From positions 1-31,887 of the IMG/VR virus record IMGVR_UViG_3300026302_000082: a stretch of DNA of 31,887 nt. One strand, 5' to 3'. Positions 25,800 to 31,887 of the stretch are shown here, one piece after another (the stretch's first letter is position 1; each line of letters starts with the position of its first letter). A program made the position numbers and the translations under genes. Below the pieces are notes generated by a model. It did not search any database and was not told the DNA's origin. It saw nothing but the letters and a program-made list of their open reading frames with translations. Source of the DNA: a virus. Lineage: Duplodnaviria > Caudoviricetes.

Positions 25800-25842
25800 G
25801 CATGTAAATTGCATTTGACACTCTGCATGTAAAATGCATTCT
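25800..25842. promoter_or_regulatory. OL-like operator block containing the PL -35
   Basis: Inverted copy of 23745-23784 (36/40 identical by manual alignment); TTGACA at 25815-25820. Confidence 0.85.
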
Positions 25843-25870
25843 ATGCGCATATCGCCACCGGAGCCACCCC

Positions 25871-26047
25871 ATGTCGCTTCGCCAACCCCGAATTTCGCCC
25901 GCCGCAGCCTTCGCGGTTCGCGCCGGCCTTGCCGCCGCGCTGCTCGTTGCCGCGCTCGCCGGCCTGCTGGCGCGGGACGATGCGGCGCATCGCGCCTGCG
26001 CCGAGGTTCACACCCCCGCCACCTGCATTCACATCCTGAGAGGTTGA
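25871..26047 (+). CDS. Small membrane/secreted protein (58 aa), first gene of the PL operon
   Basis: Below the ORF-track cutoff; GGAG RBS; MSLRQPRISPAAAFAVRAGLAAALLVAALAGLLARDDAAHRACAEVHTPATCIHILRG. Confidence 0.65.
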   Translation: MSLRQPRISPAAAFAVRAGLAAALLVAALAGLLARDDAAHRACAEVHTPATCIHILRG

Positions 26048-26049
26048 TC

Positions 26050-26280
26050 ATGACCACCGAAACCCTGCGGACCCTGTTCAGCGAGCCGCATCGCCCGCCG
26101 CCGCCCCGCACGCCCGAGGAGGCTTGGGCGTGCCTCACCCCGGAGGAGCGGGACGAGGCGATGCTGCGCGCGCCCGAATTCATCGCCGTCTTTCGCGACC
26201 TTCGCCGGGAATTGCCGCCCTTGATGAGCTATCTCGTCCACAAGCGCTGGCTGTCGCTCAGGCCGGGGGCTGGAACATGA
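26050..26280 (+). CDS. Hypothetical protein
   Basis: GAGG RBS, ATG 26050, overlaps the next gene. Confidence 0.65.
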   Translation: MTTETLRTLFSEPHRPPPPRTPEEAWACLTPEERDEAMLRAPEFIAVFRDLRRELPPLMSYLVHKRWLSLRPGAGT

Positions 26281-26588
26281 GCACCCGGAAAAAGCCGGCC
26301 CTGCCGGCAACCCGCATCGGCGCCACGCGGAGCGATTTCATCACGCTCGATGCCCTGCGCATGGGCGAACTCTTCATCTGCTGGCGCGAAGGCGCGCGCA
26401 TGCCGAATTCGTTTCACGCCACCGAGGAGGAGGCCCGCGCCATGGCGCGGCAGCGCGTGCGGCCGGGCGAGACGATGTGCGTGCTTCACGCGCGCATCGC
26501 GACTTCCCTCACCGCGAGCACGCATATCGCCGAGCGCGAGGCACCCGCCGCGCCCGAACCCGGCGCAACCCAAATCCTGAGAAGTTGA
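26277..26588 (+). CDS. Hypothetical protein
   Basis: ATGA overlap; P..FHAT.EEA motif seen in small phage early proteins. Confidence 0.65.
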   Translation: MSTRKKPALPATRIGATRSDFITLDALRMGELFICWREGARMPNSFHATEEEARAMARQRVRPGETMCVLHARIATSLTASTHIAEREAPAAPEPGATQILRS

Positions 26589-26589
26589 G

Positions 26590-26778
26590 ATGAAAACCAC
26601 GGTTCTCACGCTGGCGCTGGCCGCTGCGCTTTGGGCCTGCGGGCAACCCGAGGCGGCAATCATGGTTCTCGGCACGATGCTGGCGTTCGGCGTCGCGCTG
26701 CTCCTCGCGGGGCTCGCCGTCTTCGCCCTCGCGATCTGGTGCGACGCCCGCAAAAAGCCCGCAACCCCAAGGGAGTGA
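26590..26778 (+). CDS. Small membrane protein
   Basis: 62 aa with two hydrophobic segments. Confidence 0.65.
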   Translation: MKTTVLTLALAAALWACGQPEAAIMVLGTMLAFGVALLLAGLAVFALAIWCDARKKPATPRE

Positions 26779-26783
26779 TACCC

Positions 26784-26927
26784 ATGACCGCGAACGAGTT
26801 CCTTTTTCTGATCTGGGGCGCCACGGCGGCCTATGTCAGCATGATCATCGTGATGTGGCCCGCCTGCGGCTATTTCGCGCGGCGGGACGCGCGCCTTCGC
26901 AGGGAGCGGGGGGCGCGCGGTGGCTGA
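26784..26927 (+). CDS. Small membrane protein (47 aa)
   Basis: GGGAG RBS; FLFLIWGATAAYVSMIIVMW hydrophobic helix and basic tail. Confidence 0.6.
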   Translation: MTANEFLFLIWGATAAYVSMIIVMWPACGYFARRDARLRRERGARGG

Positions 26928-27129
26928 GTTCTTTGCGCGATCCGCATCCGACAAAACTGATGACTGGCCTTTTTGGTTCGTGGCCCGGCGTGATCAACCT
27001 GGAAGAAACGTGTTGGTCGAGGCTATCAAAATCGCCGGTTTTGAGTATTCGGGCGGCTGGACGCTAACCTGTCGGGAAGCGGCTGAATTGATTGCCAAAG
27101 AGGCAAACAAGAAAGAGAGCCGGCAATGA
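26920..27129 (+). CDS. Hypothetical protein
   Basis: 69 aa, GTG start, overlaps both neighbours. Confidence 0.55.
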   Translation: MAEFFARSASDKTDDWPFWFVARRDQPGRNVLVEAIKIAGFEYSGGWTLTCREAAELIAKEANKKESRQ

Positions 27130-27377
27130 CGGCGCCGCTCACCCCGAACCAGCGCGAGGCGCTGCACCACGCCGGCACGCGCGGGCTGGTGCCCTGCCGG
27201 GGCGGGTTCCGCCGCCCGCATGTGCCGCGCCGCGAATGCACGCAACACACAATCGCCCGCCTGTACGAGGCGGGCCTTGTCCTACCCGACGAGCGCGGGC
27301 TGATCCGCCCCACGGAGCAGGGCTACGCGGAGATCGGGCGGCGCTACACGCGCCAGCTCGCCGGCAACGGCAGGTGA
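27126..27377 (+). CDS. Hypothetical protein (winged-helix-like)
   Basis: LTPNQREAL...TIARLYEAGLV...PTEQG pattern. Confidence 0.65.
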   Translation: MTAPLTPNQREALHHAGTRGLVPCRGGFRRPHVPRRECTQHTIARLYEAGLVLPDERGLIRPTEQGYAEIGRRYTRQLAGNGR

Positions 27378-27386
27378 GGGGGCGCG

Positions 27387-27671
27387 ATGAAGAACAAAGC
27401 TGCTTCATTTCGAGATGCAATCAAGCGATGCCAGTTCAATGCCGATGACCCGAGCGACATTGCGGCCGAAGCATGCCGGCAGGCCGTTCTAGAAGCCGCT
27501 GCCAAAGCTCTATCGTGGCCTCAAGGCGACAATCCGGTCGCTCATTTTGCCGGTGCATACGTCGCGCTATGGCAAATCGCAATCGCTTCATATGGCGTGG
27601 AGGGCGCTGAGCCGCTCATGCGCGAGCTTTGGGATTGGTCCCGCGAGTTTGCGATGGAGATATCGACATGA
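27387..27671 (+). CDS. Hypothetical protein
   Basis: 94 aa, GAGGGGG RBS. Confidence 0.6.
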   Translation: MKNKAASFRDAIKRCQFNADDPSDIAAEACRQAVLEAAAKALSWPQGDNPVAHFAGAYVALWQIAIASYGVEGAEPLMRELWDWSREFAMEIST

Positions 27672-27699
27672 CCTTCATCACGCCGAAACAGGCGGGGCG

Positions 27700-28056
27700 A
27701 TGATGCGCAACATCTCCTTCGCCCTCACCGAGCCGCAGTTTCTCGACGGCACCAAGGACGTGACACGCCGCACGGGATGGACCTTCCTGAAGCCCGGCGA
27801 CCGGTTGCGCGCCGTTCGCAAGGCCATGGGGCTGAAGAAGGGCGAGAAGGTCCACGTTCTCGGTGTGATCGAGATCGTCAGCGTCCGGTGCGAGCCCCTG
27901 CTCAACATCTGCCGTGAGATGGGCGGCACGTCGCGCGAGGGCTTCCCGGAGATGACCGGGCTCGACTTCATCAGGTTCTTCTGCGCTTCGCACAAGCATT
28001 GCACGCCGGAAACCATCGTCACCCGTATCGAATTCAGGAGGGTGAGCGATGCCTGA
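27700..28056 (+). CDS. ASCH domain protein
   Basis: ISF......LDGTKDVTRR (GxKxxTxR), LKPGD, REGF, RIEF motifs. Confidence 0.85.
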   Translation: MMRNISFALTEPQFLDGTKDVTRRTGWTFLKPGDRLRAVRKAMGLKKGEKVHVLGVIEIVSVRCEPLLNICREMGGTSREGFPEMTGLDFIRFFCASHKHCTPETIVTRIEFRRVSDA

Positions 28057-30106
28057 CGGTCTGATCATCGACAGCTTTGCAGGCGGGGGCGGGGCCTCGA
28101 CCGGCATCGAATGGGCGCTCGGGCGCTCGCCGGATTTCGCGATCAACCACGATCCCGAGGCGCTGGCGATGCACGCGGCGAACCACCCGAACACCGTGCA
28201 TCTCACCGAGAACATCTGGAAGGTCGATCCCGCCGCCGTAACGAAGGGCAAGCCGGTCTTCCTGCTTTGGGCCAGCCCGGATTGCCGCGACTTCTCCAAG
28301 GCGAAGGGCGGTGCTCCCACGTCGAAATCGGTGCGCGGGCTCGCCAATGTGGTGATCTATTGGGCGAAGGTCGCGCGGCCGCAGATCATCCTGCTCGAAA
28401 ATGTCGAGGAATTCGCGCAATGGGGGCCGGTGCTGCCGAACGGCAGACCGTGCCCGGCGCGGCGCGGCATGGAGTTCGCGCGCTGGGTGCGCGCGCTCGA
28501 GGCGGAGGGCTATCAGGTCGAATGGGCGGAGAGCCGGGCGTGCAACAAGGGCGCGCCGACGATCCGCAAAAGGCTCTATCTCTGCGCGCGGCGGGACAAC
28601 AAGCCGATCATCATCCCGCCGGTCACACACCAGCGGGCGGACCACCCCGACGTGAAGGCCGGCAATCTCGCGCCGTGGCGCACCGCGGCGGAAATCATCG
28701 ATTGGCATTTGCCGTGCCCGTCGATCTTCCTGACGAAGGCGGAGGCGAAGGAAAAGGGTCTCAAGATACAGCGCCCGCTCGCGGCGAAGACCATGAGCCG
28801 CATCGCGCGCGGCTTCAAGCGCTATGTGCTGGATCGGGCCGACCCGTTCGTTGTGACATGCAACCATAGCGGGGCAGGTTTTCGCGGTCAGGGTCTTGAC
28901 CAGCCGCTCAATACGGTGGCGGCCGCGCGAGATGCGCACGGCCTCGTATCGCCCTATCTGGCCGGTGTCGGCGGGAGAATGGGCCAGTCCGGAGAACGCC
29001 CGGCAGATGCGCCGTATCATACGGTCTGCACCAAGCCCGACACCGTGATCGTCACGCCTTACATGGCCGTAAATCGATTCGACGCAACGGGGCGCGCGAT
29101 CGATGAGCCCATGCCGACGATCACCGCCAACAGCTTCGTCAAGCGCCCCGGCGCGGGCGGGCCACTCTCTGTTGTCGCGCCTTACATGAGCTACGCGCAG
29201 CAGGGCGGCGCAAACCGCGCGGCGGATGATCCGATGCACACGGTTTGCGCGAGCCGGAAGGATCAGAACCAGGTCGTCACCGGCCTTCTTGTCCCGCGCT
29301 ATGGAGAGGCCGAGGGACAGGAGCCGCGCTCACGAGATGTGCTCGAGCCCGCGCCGACCATTGTGCCGACCGGCAACGGCGGGGATCTTGCGGCGGTCTA
29401 TCTCGCGCAGCACAACGGCGGTGAGCGCGCGCCGACCGGTCGAGCCGCCGATGCGCCGGCCGGAACCATCACCACCGAGGGATCGCAGATCCAGCCCGTC
29501 ATGGCCTACCTCTCCGCGCTCCAGAACAACACGGTGCGAGGCGACATCAAGGAACCGCTGGGAACCGTGCTCGCGGACGGCCAGCATCATTCGATCGTGC
29601 TGCCGTTTACATCCACCTATTACGGCGTCGATCAGGCCCCGGAGATCAACGAACCGCTGGCTACCGTCACGACGAAGGACAGGTTCGCTCATATCGAAGC
29701 GCCGGCAGATGCGCCGCCGCTCGCGGATTGGCAGATCGATCGCGCCCGCGCCGTCGCGGAGTTCCTGCGCGCCGAGGGCGTCTGGCGCGGCGGCGAGTTC
29801 GTCACGGTCGGCACGTTCATCGTCTGGGATATCGGGATGCGGATGCTCACGCCGCGCGAGCTGGCGCGCGCGCAGGGCTTTCCGGACACCTACGATATCA
29901 CGGCGGGCAGCACGCTCACGGAGACCGCGCAGCGCCACAAGATCGGCAACAGCGTGAGCCCCTACGAGGCGGCGAGCTGGGCGTGGTGGAACTGCGTCCA
30001 CGCGCTCACCCTGCCGGACGTGAAGCGGAAGAAGCGGGCGGTGCTGCCCGTGTTTTCCCGCGCCGAAGACAACCCAGCCGACATGTTCGAGGAGGCAGCA
30101 GCATGA
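28049..30106 (+). CDS. C5 cytosine DNA methyltransferase with an expanded variable region
   Basis: DSFAGGGG (I), WASPDC (IV), LENVEEF (VI), TIRKRL (VIII), RMLTPREL..AQGFP (IX), IGNSV (X). Confidence 0.95.
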   Translation: MPDGLIIDSFAGGGGASTGIEWALGRSPDFAINHDPEALAMHAANHPNTVHLTENIWKVDPAAVTKGKPVFLLWASPDCRDFSKAKGGAPTSKSVRGLANVVIYWAKVARPQIILLENVEEFAQWGPVLPNGRPCPARRGMEFARWVRALEAEGYQVEWAESRACNKGAPTIRKRLYLCARRDNKPIIIPPVTHQRADHPDVKAGNLAPWRTAAEIIDWHLPCPSIFLTKAEAKEKGLKIQRPLAAKTMSRIARGFKRYVLDRADPFVVTCNHSGAGFRGQGLDQPLNTVAAARDAHGLVSPYLAGVGGRMGQSGERPADAPYHTVCTKPDTVIVTPYMAVNRFDATGRAIDEPMPTITANSFVKRPGAGGPLSVVAPYMSYAQQGGANRAADDPMHTVCASRKDQNQVVTGLLVPRYGEAEGQEPRSRDVLEPAPTIVPTGNGGDLAAVYLAQHNGGERAPTGRAADAPAGTITTEGSQIQPVMAYLSALQNNTVRGDIKEPLGTVLADGQHHSIVLPFTSTYYGVDQAPEINEPLATVTTKDRFAHIEAPADAPPLADWQIDRARAVAEFLRAEGVWRGGEFVTVGTFIVWDIGMRMLTPRELARAQGFPDTYDITAGSTLTETAQRHKIGNSVSPYEAASWAWWNCVHALTLPDVKRKKRAVLPVFSRAEDNPADMFEEAAA

Positions 30107-30522
30107 GCACCAACAGCCCCATGACTGAGCAAGAGCTTATCGAGAAGATGGCGAGGGCGATATTCGCCACGCAAGGCATGTGCCACACCGATGACAAGCG
30201 CATGTTTGAGCCAGTCAAATGGGAAGAACTGGACGATGACGACTACCAGTGCGTACGCGCCGGGTATCGCCAACAAGCCATCGACGCCCTCTCCGCCACC
30301 ACCATTCCCGTCTCAACCCTCCTGTCCATTATCAAGGGAGGGGCGGTCGTGGTGCCGGTGGAGCCTACGGAAGTGATGGCCAACGCTGCGTGGAAAGCTA
30401 TCGGCCTCAGCAAGAGAGAGAAATCGGAAGCATCGAAGCATCTCAACCCGCATATCGGCGGCAAGGATGAAGCGAATTGCATTCGCGCCTACCGCGCCAT
30501 GATCGAAGCGAGGCCGAAATGA
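30103..30522 (+). CDS. Hypothetical protein
   Basis: 139 aa; IEKMARAI, VVPVEPTEVM and YRAMIEA motifs common in phage early genes; ATGA overlaps. Confidence 0.7.
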   Translation: MSTNSPMTEQELIEKMARAIFATQGMCHTDDKRMFEPVKWEELDDDDYQCVRAGYRQQAIDALSATTIPVSTLLSIIKGGAVVVPVEPTEVMANAAWKAIGLSKREKSEASKHLNPHIGGKDEANCIRAYRAMIEARPK

Positions 30523-30806
30523 GCAAGCGCCGGGTCGTTGAAGGTCTCGATCCTGTTTTCGTCAACCGGGAGGCGCTGTGCACGCTGTTGATGATCGGGC
30601 AGACCACGCTTGCGGACTGGCTCCGGCGCAAGGTTATCCCCGATCCTCACATCCGGGACGGCGGAATCGAGCGCTGGCACTGGCCCAGCGTCGAGGCGGC
30701 GCTTGCGCGCCCGGCGGTGCCGGTTGAAAGTGCCGCCGAGGTAGATCCATCGGTCGCGGGGGCGTTGCGTGTCGGCAAGAAGAGTGCTCACCGTGCCGTT
30801 GCCTGA
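30519..30806 (+). CDS. xis: Excisionase / AlpA-like recombination directionality factor
   Basis: REALCTLL.IGQTT...W......IP.P....G..RW.W..V; overlaps the integrase start. Confidence 0.8.
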   Translation: MSKRRVVEGLDPVFVNREALCTLLMIGQTTLADWLRRKVIPDPHIRDGGIERWHWPSVEAALARPAVPVESAAEVDPSVAGALRVGKKSAHRAVA

Positions 30807-31887
30807 AGGCGTTTTCCGCGTCATCCGCAAGCGCAAGAAGGGTCCGCCCCGGATCGATTGGTATTTTCAGGCGGGCAGGGGGACGAAATCGGCCGGGCCG
30901 ATCACGCGGCTGCGCAACGCGCCGGGGGATCGCGGCTTTGTCGAGGAGGTCGAGGCCGCAGCCGGCATCACGCGCATTATCGATCCGCTCAGCGTTGCCG
31001 CCATGGTCGCGGCCTATCGCGGCGACGAGCGCAAGGGCATCCCCGGCGCGCCGGAATGGGAGCGGCTGCGCAAACGCACGCGCGAGGATTACTCGATCTA
31101 CCTCGACAAGATCATCGAGGCCTGGGGCGAGCTGCCGGCGCGATCGATCACGGCGCGCGGCGCCTATACATTCCGGGACGCAATGGCGGAAACCCCGGTT
31201 GCCGCGAACCACGCGATTTCCATCGCCCGCACGCTGTTCGGCTGGGGCATCCCGCGCGGGTTCTGCGATACGAATGTGTTCCGGGATGTCGCGGCGATCA
31301 GGGTCGAGCATGACAGCGCGAAGCCGTGGCCCGAGGAATTCTATGCTTTCGTGATCGCGAACGCGCCGCAGGACATCCGCCGCATGGCGATCCTCGGCCG
31401 CGCGACCGGCCAGCGCCGGAGCGATCTTGTCCAGATGCGTCCGGTCGATGTGCAGCGCGGTGGCGTGACAATGAAAATCGGCAAGCTGCGTGACAAGGAA
31501 CACTGGGTGCCGCTCACCCAGGCGCATCTTGCCGAGATCCGGTCATGGCAGGGCTTCCCGGCGGCGCCCTTCCTCGTGTCGGCGGCGGGAAAGGGGTACA
31601 GCCCGGATCATCTCAACAGCCGGTGGAATCGCTGGAGGGCCAGCGAGGCAGCACTGCCGGTGCGCGATTACGATTGCTCGATCCACGATTTACGGGCGAC
31701 CGCGGTATGCGATCGCCGCCTCGCAGGGCTCACGCATCAGGAGATCGCCGCGCAGATCTGCATGTCGATCGAGATGGTGATGCGCTATTCCAAAAAAATT
31801 GACCAGGAGGCCCTTGCCAAATCGGGCATGACACGGCTAGAACGCGCTGAGAACGGGGCCGTTGTAACGCCCTCGGTCACACCTTGA
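30769..31887 (+). CDS. int: Tyrosine integrase
   Basis: TGQRRSD (Arg), K, HDLRAT (HxxR), MVMRY (Tyr); 372 aa. Confidence 0.95.
   Translation: MSARRVLTVPLPEGVFRVIRKRKKGPPRIDWYFQAGRGTKSAGPITRLRNAPGDRGFVEEVEAAAGITRIIDPLSVAAMVAAYRGDERKGIPGAPEWERLRKRTREDYSIYLDKIIEAWGELPARSITARGAYTFRDAMAETPVAANHAISIARTLFGWGIPRGFCDTNVFRDVAAIRVEHDSAKPWPEEFYAFVIANAPQDIRRMAILGRATGQRRSDLVQMRPVDVQRGGVTMKIGKLRDKEHWVPLTQAHLAEIRSWQGFPAAPFLVSAAGKGYSPDHLNSRWNRWRASEAALPVRDYDCSIHDLRATAVCDRRLAGLTHQEIAAQICMSIEMVMRYSKKIDQEALAKSGMTRLERAENGAVVTPSVTP

Larger units (their letters stand above)
1..31887. mobile_element. Temperate siphovirus prophage (lambdoid organisation, HK97-type head); extends beyond the left edge
   Basis: Contiguous integrase-xis-early-immunity-replication-late regulator-packaging-head-tail gene order with many ATGA/GTGA overlaps; no host housekeeping operon seen. 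Confidence 0.97.

Noticed and set aside
23745..25839. Invertible (phase-variable) segment bounded by 40-bp inverted repeats
   Set aside because: The repeats contain -35 boxes and internal operator symmetry at OL/OR positions, and no invertase is nearby. Rare inversion is not excluded without read data
31860..31887. att core site
   Set aside because: The window ends at the integrase stop; no second copy or tRNA is visible

Overview
A ~32 kb section of an apparently intact temperate siphovirus prophage with a lambdoid layout and HK97-type head. The host is most likely an alphaproteobacterium, based on a GapR/DUF2312 gene, a suhB/MmgR-like sRNA motif, a GTA-gp10-like tail chaperone and high GC. 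The minus strand, read right to left, carries cro, cII-like and small regulators, HU-like and GapR-like genes, a ParB/MT-A70 fusion, a PD-(D/E)XK nuclease, a full-length beta sliding clamp, a Dam-like methyltransferase, a replication initiator with internal iterons and a Q-like late regulator with a pR'/tR'-like signal. It continues through HNH, a cos-like region, terminases, portal, ClpP-type protease, major capsid, neck genes, tail tube, a frameshifted tail chaperone, tape measure and tail-tip genes, which run off the left edge. The centre holds an S24 repressor (cI) and a convergent exonuclease-BRCT plus membrane-protein operon, bracketed by two inverted 40-bp operator/promoter blocks. The plus strand carries small early genes, an ASCH protein, a 685-aa C5 cytosine methyltransferase, an excisionase and a tyrosine integrase that ends at the last base. 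No lysis genes, att site, tRNA or CRISPR array were seen. All calls come from manual motif recognition and synteny; no database searches were run.
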